DNA of 64,000 nucleotides from an uncultured Armatimonadetes bacterium (GTDB taxonomy: Bacteria > Armatimonadota > UBA5829 > DTJY01). The position numbers were made by a program, and so were the translations under genes. Shown here one piece after another: positions 42,681-53,012 of the stretch. Location of the stretch: contig OY970325.1 in the NCBI GenBank assembly GCA_963717145.1, positions 4,256,001-4,320,000 on the forward strand, written 5' to 3'. The notes under the pieces were generated by a model. The model made no database searches, was not told the DNA's origin, and saw nothing but the letters and a program-made list of their open reading frames with translations. The stretch's first letter is position 1; the number at the start of each line of letters is the position of its first letter.

Positions 42681-43077
42681 CGGGCTTCCGGGGGGATTGG
42701 GCTGTGACGGAGATGTGTTGATCGGCGGAGGTTAACCGTCAGGCATTTGTCACATTTGGTTTGACCGAAACTATGACAAAGATGAGCGGCCTTCGATTGC
42801 TGTAAAAAAGCTGTCGAGGGCCGTTTGAGCGTGGGTGGGGCACTACAAATTCCTGCATTTCTTGACAAAATCCCCGTTTTCGGGTCCTTGTCGGGGGTTG
42901 TTCACTGCCTAGACACCACATTTTGGCGGGTTGCAGGCTATAAAAAGCGGTTCTTGGGCCCTGTTTCCGGTTGGGTGCTGTGGACTGCGGGGAGTAGCGC
43001 CTGGTTGTTGGTTGGGAGGATCCTTGCCTGCGACGGGTTGGCTTGGTATACTTACCGTCGGGAGGCATGTAGACCTT

Positions 43078-43419
43078 ATGGGCAACGCTTCCGACAATGT
43101 GTCGTTCCAATTGGACGTCTCACGCGATGAACTGCTGTCGTCCTTGGCGCTGATCGTCAAGTTGAGGAGGCTCAGGAACGCCACCTGGGTCAATCTGTCC
43201 TACGCAGAAGGCGAACTTGTATTCCATGTGAGCAGGCTGTCAACGCGGATGTCGGCCGAGGGCGACTGGCCAGGCACAGTCAAGATAAGGGTCTCGGAAC
43301 TGAGGAGGCTAGCGCTATCGCCTCCGTCTGCAGACCCGGTCATGTTCCGGTACTCCGGCGGCTTGGTGAAGATCGGTGACATGGTACTCCCGGCGGCAGG
43401 TTCGGAGGCCAGCCGATGA
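43078..43419 (+). CDS. Hypothetical protein coupled to the R-M gene
   Basis: 113 aa; ATGA overlap with 43416. Confidence 0.55.
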   Translation: MGNASDNVSFQLDVSRDELLSSLALIVKLRRLRNATWVNLSYAEGELVFHVSRLSTRMSAEGDWPGTVKIRVSELRRLALSPPSADPVMFRYSGGLVKIGDMVLPAAGSEASR

Positions 43420-46400
43420 ACCCAGTCGAAACCTACCTCACCGAGCTTCGGGATATCCGCGCCTACAATGCGCACGTCGAGGAGACCACCTTCTACGGTA
43501 CCCTGGAGACTCTCCTCAACGAGATCGGGAAGTCGCTCAAGCCGAAGGTCCGCTGCATAATCAACCCGAGGAACGAGGGCGCGGGGATTCCCGACGGCGG
43601 GCTGTTCACCCCCGATCAGAAGAATACCGACATGATCGGCGGCCAAGTCCCATCCCGTGGCGTCGTCGAGGTGAAGGGTATCCGCGACGAGGTACCCGCC
43701 GTCATCGCGACCGAACAGGTGCTGAAGTACCTCCGAAGATATGCGCAGGTGCTCGTGACGAACTACCGAGACTTCGCGCTCGTCGGCAGGGACGACGCGG
43801 GCAATCCCGTGACGCTCGAATCGTTCCGCCTCGCGGAGAGCGCCGACGACTTCAAGGCGAAGCTCGCCCATCCCCGAAAGCTTTCTCAGGAGATCGAAGC
43901 CGAGTTCACCGAGTTCCTCATGCGATCGCTTCTCCGCGCCGCCGATCTCACCGAGCCCAGAGACGTCGCCTGGGTGCTCGCATCCTACGCCCGAGTCGCT
44001 CGAGGCAAAGTCGAGCAGGCCGAACTTCCGGCGCTCGATGCGGTCCGGACGGCGCTGGAGGAAGCGCTCGGCCTCAAGTTCGAGGGCGAGAAGGGCGAGC
44101 ACTTCTTCCGATCGACGCTCGTGCAGACGCTCTTCTATGGCGTGTTCTCCGCCTGGGTGCTCTGGGCGAAGGACAACCGCGATCCGGGTCCAGAGGCCAA
44201 GTTCGACTGGCGAATGGCCGCATGGTATCTCCACGTCCCGATGATCGGCGCGCTCTTCGCACAGGTCGCGACGAAGGAGAAGCTCGGCGACTTGGGGCTC
44301 ATGGAGGTCCTCGACTCCGCCGGAGCCGCTCTGAACCGGGTCAAGCGCGGCCCGTTCTTCGAGAAGTTCGAGGAGCAGCATGCCGTTCAGTATTTCTATG
44401 AGCCCTTCCTCGAAGCGTTCGATCCCGAACTGCGCAAGCAGCTCGGCGTATGGTATACCCCGCCGGAGATTGTGGAGTATATGGTCGAGCGCGTGGATGC
44501 CGTCCTGCGCGAGGAGCTTCACATCGAAGGCGGGCTGGCGAACCCACAGGTCTACGTGCTCGACCCGGCGTGCGGAACGGGCGCGTACCTGGTGGAGGTG
44601 CTTCGGCGCATCGAGCGGACAATTCGCGAGGAACAGGGCGAGGATGCGGTTGCGGGCGCGATGGTCAAGCTTGCGGCCACCGAGAGGGTTTTCGGCTTCG
44701 AGATCCTGCCCGCGCCGTTCGTGGTCGCTCATCTCCAACTCGGGCTGATGCTCAAGAACATCGGCGCGGAACTCTCCGACGAGAAGAACGAGCGCGCGGG
44801 GGTCTACCTCACCAATTCGCTCACCGGCTGGGAGCCGCCCACCGGGCCGAAGACCCGCATCATGTTCCCGGAGATGGAGCAGGAACGCGAGGCCGCCGAC
44901 CGCGTGAAGCGCGATGTCCCCATCCTCGTCATTCTCGGCAATCCGCCGTACAACGGATACGCGGGGATGGCCGTGTCGGAGGAGCGCGAGCTTTCGACCG
45001 CCTACCGCGATACGAAACGTGCCCCGAAGCCTCAGGGTCAGGGTCTGAACGATCTCTACATCAGGTTCTTCCGCATGGCCGAGCGCCGCATCGTGGAGGG
45101 AACGCAGAAGGGCGTCGTCTGCTTCATTTCGAACTACTCCTGGCTCGATGGCCTCTCGTTTACAGGGATGCGCGAGAGGTATCTGGAGGTTTTCGACGAG
45201 GCATGGATCGATAATCTGCATGGCGATCGGATTATCTCAGAGTATGCGCCGGATGGCCGAACGAGCGAAACCGTATTCGCCATGGCGGGCACGTCTCCGG
45301 GTATCAAGATAGGTACGGCGATAGCCCTGCTGGTGAAAAAGGATGGGGAGAGCGGTGAGACCTGTGAGTTGCACTACCGCGATCTCGACGAAGCCAGGGC
45401 GGATGACCGGCGGAGGGCTTTGCTCACCGGTCTGAAGGCATCGAGCTTCGACGAATCGTATGCTACCCTGGAGCCGGTTCTGCAGATCGGCCTGCCGTTC
45501 AAGCCGCGAGCGATGGGGGAGGATTACATCACCTGGCCTTTGCTCACCGACCTCTTCCCGGTTTCTTTCCCGGGAGTCAAGACGAGCCGCGACGATGTGG
45601 TTGTAGATATCGACCGCGACCGCCTGGTCAAGCGCATGGAGCAGTACTTCGATCCCGAGATCAGCCACGAAGAGATGAGACGCATTTCTCCCGGCGCAAT
45701 GGAGAGCACGGCGCGGTTCAAAGCCGAAACCGTCCGCGATCAGCTCCGGAAGAGAGGCTTCCTTGCGGGGAACGTTCTGCGTTACTGCTATCGTCCGTTC
45801 GATTCGCGCTGGCTGTACTGGGAACCAGAGACAAAGTTATTGGATGAAAAGCGCTCGGAGTATACTCCTCACGTTTCTCCCGGCAACGAATGGCTGAGCG
45901 CCGGTCAACGCAACAGAAAGATGGACTTCTATCAGCCGCAGTTCACGACTCACCTGGCGGACCATCATCTCGTTGAGTCGAATGTCGGCATGTTTCCCAT
46001 CTTTATCATGCCCACTGAGGCCGACCTATCTCTCTTTGCCGATGCGGATATCCGGGCGAACTTGACGTCGTCGGCACAGCAGTACCTCGACGACATTCAC
46101 GGAGGAGTGGGCGATCTCTTCCACCACACGCTCGCGATACTCCACTCCCCCAACTACCGCAAGGAGAATGCCGGGGCATTACGCCAGGACTGGCCTCGGA
46201 TTCCGCTGCCGAACACGAGTGGGACGATGTACACGTCCGCCGACCTTGGGGAGCAACTCGCCGCGCTCCTCGACACCGAAAGCCCCGTCGCCGGGGTGAC
46301 CGCCGGGACTCTCAGGCCCGAGATCAAGGTCACCGGCGTCATATCCCGCGAGGGTGGGGGGAATCTGAACCCCGATACCGACTTCGCCGTCACGGTGGGA

Positions 46401-46817
46401 TGGGGTCATGCCGGGCAGGGAGGCGTCACCATGCCCGCGCGCGGCAAGGCGATCGAGCGCGAGTACACATCAGACGAACGCGCGGCGATTGTGCAGGGCG
46501 CGGGGGCGCTCGGCATCACGTCCGCTGAGGCGTTCGCTCACCTCGGGGAGACTACGTTCGATATCTACCTGAATAATACCGCGTACTGGAAGAACGTCCC
46601 CGCGCGCGTATGGGATTATCACATCGGCGGATACCAGGTCATCAAGAAGTGGCTCAGCTACCGTGAGGAGAAGCTCCTTGGCAGGCCTCTTCGCCTGGAG
46701 GAGGTCGAGGAAGTGCGGAACATGGCTCGTCGGATCGCCGGCATCTGCCTGCTTGAGCCCTCCATGGACAGAAACTACACGGCAGTCAAGGCAGACACGT
46801 ACGCTTGGCCGGGCTGA
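43416..46817 (+). CDS. Single-polypeptide restriction-modification enzyme (N6-adenine MTase, Type IIG/ISP-like, no helicase)
   Basis: PDGGLF...VEVK nuclease-like N-terminus, GVWYTPPEIV, LDPACGTG, GNPPY, C-terminal YHIGGYQVIKKWL. Confidence 0.88.
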   Translation: MNPVETYLTELRDIRAYNAHVEETTFYGTLETLLNEIGKSLKPKVRCIINPRNEGAGIPDGGLFTPDQKNTDMIGGQVPSRGVVEVKGIRDEVPAVIATEQVLKYLRRYAQVLVTNYRDFALVGRDDAGNPVTLESFRLAESADDFKAKLAHPRKLSQEIEAEFTEFLMRSLLRAADLTEPRDVAWVLASYARVARGKVEQAELPALDAVRTALEEALGLKFEGEKGEHFFRSTLVQTLFYGVFSAWVLWAKDNRDPGPEAKFDWRMAAWYLHVPMIGALFAQVATKEKLGDLGLMEVLDSAGAALNRVKRGPFFEKFEEQHAVQYFYEPFLEAFDPELRKQLGVWYTPPEIVEYMVERVDAVLREELHIEGGLANPQVYVLDPACGTGAYLVEVLRRIERTIREEQGEDAVAGAMVKLAATERVFGFEILPAPFVVAHLQLGLMLKNIGAELSDEKNERAGVYLTNSLTGWEPPTGPKTRIMFPEMEQEREAADRVKRDVPILVILGNPPYNGYAGMAVSEERELSTAYRDTKRAPKPQGQGLNDLYIRFFRMAERRIVEGTQKGVVCFISNYSWLDGLSFTGMRERYLEVFDEAWIDNLHGDRIISEYAPDGRTSETVFAMAGTSPGIKIGTAIALLVKKDGESGETCELHYRDLDEARADDRRRALLTGLKASSFDESYATLEPVLQIGLPFKPRAMGEDYITWPLLTDLFPVSFPGVKTSRDDVVVDIDRDRLVKRMEQYFDPEISHEEMRRISPGAMESTARFKAETVRDQLRKRGFLAGNVLRYCYRPFDSRWLYWEPETKLLDEKRSEYTPHVSPGNEWLSAGQRNRKMDFYQPQFTTHLADHHLVESNVGMFPIFIMPTEADLSLFADADIRANLTSSAQQYLDDIHGGVGDLFHHTLAILHSPNYRKENAGALRQDWPRIPLPNTSGTMYTSADLGEQLAALLDTESPVAGVTAGTLRPEIKVTGVISREGGGNLNPDTDFAVTVGWGHAGQGGVTMPARGKAIEREYTSDERAAIVQGAGALGITSAEAFAHLGETTFDIYLNNTAYWKNVPARVWDYHIGGYQVIKKWLSYREEKLLGRPLRLEEVEEVRNMARRIAGICLLEPSMDRNYTAVKADTYAWPG

Positions 46818-46845
46818 GGCTGCGTGAGCCGATCCGCAGGCAGGC

Positions 46846-47474
46846 CTAGGGCGAACGCATCTTATCTACGCATGACCGCCAACCTAACGGTGTAGGAGGG
46901 ATTTTCCGGGATGGTTCGTGCCCGGTAATCCCGAACGTCGGCGTCAGGTGGCATTCGGGATTACCGGGCACGAACCATCCCGGAAAATCCCTCCTACATC
47001 CCCGCAGACTAGATGCGTTCGCCCTGCAAACAGGCCAACAAGTGCTTGACACGCCGATAGGGTTGAGCTAGCCTGCATTATCATGTCATTCTGAGCAGCG
47101 AACCGCGGGCACGCGGTTATTTCAAAAAGAAACCACCGATCTCCAGACGACTCCGTCGTCGGCTGCCGGAGATCGACGACGGAGTCGTCTGGAGATCGGC
47201 GCTTTCTTAGGAGCATGTCGAAGAATCCGGCCGATGAAAGTGCTTCAAACGCCAGATTCTTCGACAAGCTCAGAATGACAACGTGGGTCGCTCAGAATGA
47301 CAGCGTGGACGCTCTGAGCAGGTCATGAATAATGCAGGCTAGAAGCCTCCTACAACCGCTTCGCACTCCGAAGTGAAACCTTTCCGCTCCTTCATGCCGT
47401 CTAATCCATGACAGGGATGCGCCCGTGGGAGAGGTACAACAGGGCCACCGACGACGGAGTCGTCTGGAGATCGG
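46846..47474. repeat. Composite/nested REP-like palindrome region
   Basis: GTAG...CTAC hairpin 46891-46998; tgtcattctgagc...gctcagaatgaca 47084-47302 enclosing a family B element at 47136-47199; half family B element at 47447-47474. Confidence 0.8.
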
Positions 47475-47519
47475 TCAAAGCCTTCCCTGCGGGTCAATGA
47501 TCGAAGGGAGGAACACCGA

Positions 47520-47930
47520 ATGTTTGCAGACAAGAAGGGCAGAGTCCTGATCGGGATCGTGGCGGTGGTTTTCGTTGCCGCGCTGGCAGTGGCTTTGGTC
47601 ACGGGGTATCCGAGGGCCGCACTGGCTCAGGTGCCGCCGGGTATGGACCAGAATGCGCCGATGCCTCCGCCCCCGGGAGACTGGCAGGGGCAGCAACCTC
47701 CGCCAGGGGGACGTCAGGGCGGTGGTTACGGACAGATGCCGGGCGGGATGATGCGCCCCGGAATGGGAATGATGGATTCCGGCGGAGTGGCGATCGCCAT
47801 CAGCACCGATTCCATCTACGTCGTCAAGGGCAATACGCTCTTCCAGTTCAACGCGCGCACGCTCAAGCAGACGAACAGCGTGCAGTTGGCCCCGCCGACG
47901 CCCCAGCCGATGCCGCCTCCCCAGCAGTAG
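47520..47930 (+). CDS. Small Pro/Gly/Met-rich exported protein
   Basis: RBS GGAGG, N-terminal hydrophobic segment, low-complexity linker. Confidence 0.7.
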   Translation: MFADKKGRVLIGIVAVVFVAALAVALVTGYPRAALAQVPPGMDQNAPMPPPPGDWQGQQPPPGGRQGGGYGQMPGGMMRPGMGMMDSGGVAIAISTDSIYVVKGNTLFQFNARTLKQTNSVQLAPPTPQPMPPPQQ

Positions 47931-48033
47931 CCCGGTGTGGGAGTGTGGGGGTGTGGGAGTGTGGGAGTCAGACCCAGTACTCCCACACCGTCACACTCCG
48001 CAATTCTGGGTATACAGACCATGAATCACCAGC

Positions 48034-48208
48034 GGGTGCATTTGCGCACACTGGGCCAGCCTCTCGTTATGCCACCAGAGTGGCTACTCGAGGAGAACGG
48101 TTGGGTGGTCTGCCAAGGTTCCCAAGCCCCAACCGTCTAGTCTCTAGTAGGTTTGTCTGGTAACCATAACGAGAGACGGTCGCCACCCACTGAACTCGAA
48201 TGCACCCC
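48034..48208. mobile_element. MITE (copy 1) with GGGTGCATT/AATGCACCC ends and 8-bp target duplication TCACCAGC
   Basis: TSD at 48026-48033 and 48209-48216; homologous copy at 61522-61727. Confidence 0.8.
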
Positions 48209-48289
48209 TCACCAGCCGCTGGGTTGACTTCAGGGCGGGAAAGTCTTACTATTACCTGGCTGAGGCACGTTTTGTTACGGGGCAAAATC

Positions 48290-49735
48290 ATGAGCAGAAT
48301 GCGAGCGATCGTACGATCTTGTAGTGGCCGTGCCTCCGTGCCGGCCAGCAACGTCGCAAGGCCGGCACGGAGGCACGGCCACTACGCTGATCCGCATGGG
48401 AGGCCGGCACGGAGGCACGGCCACTACCGGGCGTTGACGGTCGCCTTGATGCTACTCCTCTGCGGGGCGTCTCTCTCCGCAAAGGTCGGCGGTCCCGTCG
48501 TGAAGACGATGCGGATCGACGGCCCGATCAGTCCCGCGGCGGCGCTATACGTCCACCGCGCGATCGAGATCGCGGAGGGGAGCGATGCCCAGGCGCTGCT
48601 CATCCACCTGGACACACCGGGCGGCCTCGACGACTCCATGCGCTCGATCATCAAAGATTTCTTCGCGTCCGACGTGCCGATCGTCGTCTATGTGTCCCCC
48701 AAAGGCGCGCGGGCCGCATCCGCCGGAGCGATCATCACCATCGCGGCCAACATTGCGGCGATGGCGCCCGGGACTGCGATGGGCGCCGCGCATCCCGTCG
48801 CCATCGGCGGCGGTGGAGGCGATTCCGAGGGGAGTCAGCCGAAACAAGACGGTGTCATGAGCACGAAGATGGAGGAAGACGCGGCCGCCTACGCCCGGTC
48901 GATCGCCGAGCGACGGGGTCGAAACATCAGGTGGGCTGAAGACGCCGTTCGGAAGAGCATCTCATCGAGCGCGTCCGAAGCGCTCAAGAAGGGTGTCATC
49001 GACCTGATCGCCGATGACGACACACAGCTTCTGAAGGCGATCGACGGCCGCAAAGTCAAGCTCGACGCGGGCACGGTGACTCTGCGAACGGGCACCGCCC
49101 GGACGGAGGACATCGGCCCGAGCCTGAGGGAGCGCTTCCTGGCGATCATCGGCAACCCGAACGTCGTGCTGATCCTGATGACGATCGCCATATACGGCAT
49201 CATCTTCGAGTTGAGCAACCCGGGATCGATCTTCCCCGGCATCATCGGGGGGATCGCGCTGATCCTCGCGCTCTTCTCGTTCGCGATTCTGCCTGTCAAC
49301 ACAGCGGGGATAGCGCTGATCGCGTTCGCGGCCATTCTGTTCATCGCCGATCTGCTCATTCCCGGGCACGGCATCCTGTCGGCCGGCGGGGTGATCTCGT
49401 TCATCATCGGCGCGCTCATGCTTTTCGAGACGCCGTCGCCGGTGTTCAGGGTTTCGCTCAGCCTGGTGATCACCCTGGCGTTCGTGACCGCCGGGTTCTT
49501 CCTGTTCGCGGTCGGATCGGCGGTTCGGGCTCAGAAGGCAAGAGTCGTCACCGGCGGCGAGGGGATGATCGGCGAGCTGACCGAGGCGCGGACGGATTTC
49601 GACCCCAAGGGCAAGGTTTTCATCGAGGGATCTCTTTGGAACGCAGTCTCGGAGGGCGAGCCGATCAAGCAGGGCGAGCTGGTCCGGGTTGTGAGTATGG
49701 ATGGGCTGACACTACATGTCAAAAAGGAGAGCTAG
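48290..49735 (+). CDS. nfeD: NfeD-like membrane serine protease (start uncertain)
   Basis: LDTPGGL, AASAG, GAAHPV, TM region, C-terminal OB fold (GKVFIEGSLWNA). Confidence 0.9.
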   Translation: MSRMRAIVRSCSGRASVPASNVARPARRHGHYADPHGRPARRHGHYRALTVALMLLLCGASLSAKVGGPVVKTMRIDGPISPAAALYVHRAIEIAEGSDAQALLIHLDTPGGLDDSMRSIIKDFFASDVPIVVYVSPKGARAASAGAIITIAANIAAMAPGTAMGAAHPVAIGGGGGDSEGSQPKQDGVMSTKMEEDAAAYARSIAERRGRNIRWAEDAVRKSISSSASEALKKGVIDLIADDDTQLLKAIDGRKVKLDAGTVTLRTGTARTEDIGPSLRERFLAIIGNPNVVLILMTIAIYGIIFELSNPGSIFPGIIGGIALILALFSFAILPVNTAGIALIAFAAILFIADLLIPGHGILSAGGVISFIIGALMLFETPSPVFRVSLSLVITLAFVTAGFFLFAVGSAVRAQKARVVTGGEGMIGELTEARTDFDPKGKVFIEGSLWNAVSEGEPIKQGELVRVVSMDGLTLHVKKES

Positions 49736-49738
49736 AAA

Positions 49739-50509
49739 ATGGAAGGGCTGGTTGGAACCATTGTTGCGCTGTTCGTCGTGTTCGCGATCATACTGCCATC
49801 CGCAGTCAGGATCATCAAGGAATACGAGCGGGGCGTCATCCTCCGCTGGGGACGTTACAGCCATGTGAAGCTGCCGGGCATCCGGTTTCTGATCCCATTC
49901 GTCGATCAGATGTTCCGCATCGATCTGCGCGTGGTGACGATGGACGTTCCGAAGCAGGAGATGATGACGCGGGACAACGTGCCGGTCACGGTCGATGCGG
50001 TCGTGTACTTCCGCGTGGTGAACGCCGAGGACGCGATCCTGAAGATCGAGAACTACGTGAAGGCAACGGCGCTGATCGCCCAGACGACGCTTCGGAGCAC
50101 GGTCGGCCAGCATGCGCTGGATGAGCTGCTGTCGGAGCGGGACAGGGTGAATGAGAAGCTGCAGACCGTGATCGACGAGCAGACCGAGCCGTGGGGCGTC
50201 AAGGTCACCAACGTCGAGGTCCGCGACGTGATCCTCCCCGAGACGATGAAGCGCGCGATGGCGGGTCAGGCAGAGGCCGAACGAGAGCGCCGCGCGAAGG
50301 TCATCAATGCGGAAGGCGAGTTCCAGGCGTCGGAGAAACTGGCGATGGCGGCGGCGATCATCAGCAAGGACCCGGCGGCGATCCAGCTCCGGTTCCTGCA
50401 GACGCTTGCGCAGGTCGCAACCGAGCACAACAGCACCACGATCTTCCCGGTGCCGATCGACCTCTTCACACCGTTCATCAAGCTGATGCGTGAGAAGGCG
50501 GGGGAGTAG
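49739..50509 (+). CDS. SPFH/stomatin-like protein
   Basis: EYERGV, TRDNVPVTVDAVVYFRV, QAEAERERRAK, LRFLQTL. Confidence 0.94.
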   Translation: MEGLVGTIVALFVVFAIILPSAVRIIKEYERGVILRWGRYSHVKLPGIRFLIPFVDQMFRIDLRVVTMDVPKQEMMTRDNVPVTVDAVVYFRVVNAEDAILKIENYVKATALIAQTTLRSTVGQHALDELLSERDRVNEKLQTVIDEQTEPWGVKVTNVEVRDVILPETMKRAMAGQAEAERERRAKVINAEGEFQASEKLAMAAAIISKDPAAIQLRFLQTLAQVATEHNSTTIFPVPIDLFTPFIKLMREKAGE

Positions 50510-50811
50510 GGAGTGTGGGGGTGTGGGAGTGTGGGGGTGTGGGAGTAATGGGAGCCCAGCGCTCGAGTGCTCCACCGCTACATTTCTCCCGTCCCCGCAA
50601 TCCTACCGGTTTTTTCGTTTGCCTCTAAGATAGCGGCGTTGTCCGGCCATAATGAGTAGTAGTTCCAGGACAACGCAGCAAGCGGACCTCTTAGAAGGTC
50701 GTTGACGAGGCGGGCCTGGTCAAGAAAAGGGGCGTTGGCATACTCTAGCAGTTTTCAGCCGGCGTCCCTTTTGCACGTCTGGCTCGTACTGCTACTCTCC
50801 CGAAGGCATCA

Positions 50812-50884
50812 CAGGCTGTAGGGGCGTGCCTTGTGCCGCCCGACGCGCGATCGCAGGCGGCACAAGGCACGCCCCTACAGCCTG
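50812..50884. repeat. GTAG-type REP palindrome (family A copy)
   Basis: Same arms as 910-1006 with a different spacer. Confidence 0.85.
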
Positions 50885-50971
50885 GTTTCGGCATGGCCCG
50901 CCGCACTCCACAGTCCTTGACACCCACGCTCCCATTGCGCTATCCTCGCGACAGTCGGGAGGGCGAGCGGA

Positions 50972-53008
50972 ATGCGAGAGGCGATTCGGGCGGGGAATAT
51001 CGTGCGAGACCGGTGGCCGCTGAACATGCAGCGCCACCTCAACCTCTACATGGGTAGCGGTCGGGCCGGCGCGTGCTTCGATGCATACGGCCTGATGAAT
51101 AACGGGATGCGCGGGGAGTACCTCGTGAGCCTGAGCCAGACCAGGCTTATGCACGCCGACCACTGGCACCGCGGCGCATGGGGCCTCGACTACTGGCTTC
51201 CCGTCCTCAAGATCGCGTGGGAGGGCGAACCTCCGCCCGAGCCGAATACCTACCGCCAGGAACTCGATCTGTATGACGGCCGGCTTACCACCGAGATGTC
51301 CTGGCCGGATTTGCGGCTCTCACTGACCTCATACTTCCATCCCGAGCGCCGGGATCTTCTCGCCTTCGACGTGCGCTTCGAGGGCCGAATGCCCGGCCTG
51401 CTGATCGCGCCGGAACTCGACATCCACACACAGTACGACCAGCATCTGACCGGTGATGCGAAGGGCCTCGAACTCGATCAGGGCTGGTGGCTCGGGCGAA
51501 TCACGGTAGGCACGGCGGACAGCGTCGTTGGCCTGAGGGTGATCTCGACCGATGGGACCGCCGAGTTGACGCCGGTCGCCGACGGGCTCGCGATCCGATT
51601 CGAGGGCGAGACCGGGCGGCACTTGCTGGTCGTCGGGACAGCGGGCTTCGGGCGGCGGACGGAATTGTGCGAGGACCTGAAGTCGATCCCTGCGCCGGAG
51701 GAGTTCGCGGCAGAGGCGGTCCAGGCATGGCATCGGCGCTGGGGTGGGGGATTCATCCACGTGCCCGTGCCGGAATACCAGGCGCTGTGGGCACGGTCGA
51801 TGTTCTACGTCCTGTCGAGTTACGCGCCGGACGTTCGGCCTCCCGCGCCGCCGATGGGCTGGGCGGGCAACTGCTGGCCGTTCGGGTTCCCGCAGGACCT
51901 CTCGTACCTCCATCCGGCGCTCCTTCGTTTGGGACACTTGGATATAGCACGTGCCTGGGTCGAGTCGTACCGCAACGACCTCGAGACCATGCGCGATTAC
52001 ACGAAGCGCATCTACGGCGCTGAGGGCACGATGTGGGCGTGGGAATATCCCATCGGCCCTGACTCGAAGCTTCTCTCCGACGGCACGCCGAACTGGTGCC
52101 AGTTCGAGATCCACAATGCCGGATACCCCGCGAGGATGGCTCGGGAAGCGGCGCTCCACATGGATGATGGCCAGTGGACTACAGAGGTCGCCTGGCCGAT
52201 CGTGCGGGAGTTGGCGCGGTTCTTCGGATCGGTGCTCCGGCCCGAGGACGACGGCACTTGGGGCATGCACGTGATCCCGTCGTTCGGCCAGGATGAGCTA
52301 GGTGGTACGGATGCGAAGAACTACCTCTGCTCGCTCTGGAGCGCTCGGTATGCCCTCGAAACGGCGCTGACGATGGCCGAAGAACTCGGGCAGTTGGATC
52401 CGGCATTCGACCGCTGGCGGAAGATCCTCGCGGACGGCCTCGCATTCAAGCGGCTTCTCGATCCCAAGACCGGCCTGCTGGTGACATGCGAGGGCCTGCT
52501 CGGGACGGAACAGCTTGGCAAGGAGAAGCACCCGGTCCAGCTCAATCCGCTGATCTTTCTCCCGCTGGGCAATCCGGATGAGCATGTCGTCCAAGCCTAT
52601 CGGCGTCGGTACGAGTTGTGCGCCGGCGTGCGGGAGAATACCTACCATGGATGGACGCTCGCGGCGTACTGGCTGGCGGCGTCTCATATGGGCGACGCGG
52701 ACGGCCTCCTTCACGAACTCGGGCAGGCGCTCCCGGGGCGGTACGTCGACCCGGACTGGATCCAGATATTCGAAGGCTCTGACCAACTCGGAGCTTCGTT
52801 CTACGTCACGAGCCACGGACTGTATCTCCAGGCGCTGAACGACGCGATCGTCTCGGATTACTGGGGCGAGACGCAGATCGGCGCGGCGTGCCCGGACGCG
52901 TGGCAGACGGTCCGCTTCGGAGGGATGCATACGGCGGATGGGCGGGTGCACAGCGGAGTGCGGAGTATGGGAGTGTGGGAGTGTGGGAGTATGGGAGTAA
53001 GGGAGTAG
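50972..53008 (+). CDS. Six-hairpin glycosidase-like protein (GH65/GH95-like)
   Basis: YRQELDLYDG, WHRRWG, FEIHN, GQDE, KHPVQL; family assignment tentative. Confidence 0.55.
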   Translation: MREAIRAGNIVRDRWPLNMQRHLNLYMGSGRAGACFDAYGLMNNGMRGEYLVSLSQTRLMHADHWHRGAWGLDYWLPVLKIAWEGEPPPEPNTYRQELDLYDGRLTTEMSWPDLRLSLTSYFHPERRDLLAFDVRFEGRMPGLLIAPELDIHTQYDQHLTGDAKGLELDQGWWLGRITVGTADSVVGLRVISTDGTAELTPVADGLAIRFEGETGRHLLVVGTAGFGRRTELCEDLKSIPAPEEFAAEAVQAWHRRWGGGFIHVPVPEYQALWARSMFYVLSSYAPDVRPPAPPMGWAGNCWPFGFPQDLSYLHPALLRLGHLDIARAWVESYRNDLETMRDYTKRIYGAEGTMWAWEYPIGPDSKLLSDGTPNWCQFEIHNAGYPARMAREAALHMDDGQWTTEVAWPIVRELARFFGSVLRPEDDGTWGMHVIPSFGQDELGGTDAKNYLCSLWSARYALETALTMAEELGQLDPAFDRWRKILADGLAFKRLLDPKTGLLVTCEGLLGTEQLGKEKHPVQLNPLIFLPLGNPDEHVVQAYRRRYELCAGVRENTYHGWTLAAYWLAASHMGDADGLLHELGQALPGRYVDPDWIQIFEGSDQLGASFYVTSHGLYLQALNDAIVSDYWGETQIGAACPDAWQTVRFGGMHTADGRVHSGVRSMGVWECGSMGVRE

Positions 53009-53012
53009 TGGA

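Noticed and set aside
43200-45221. 673-aa antisense ORF, and similar long shadow ORFs (2078..3397, 56731..58497)
   Set aside because: They lie opposite well-supported genes and are expected from high-GC codon bias; no motifs.
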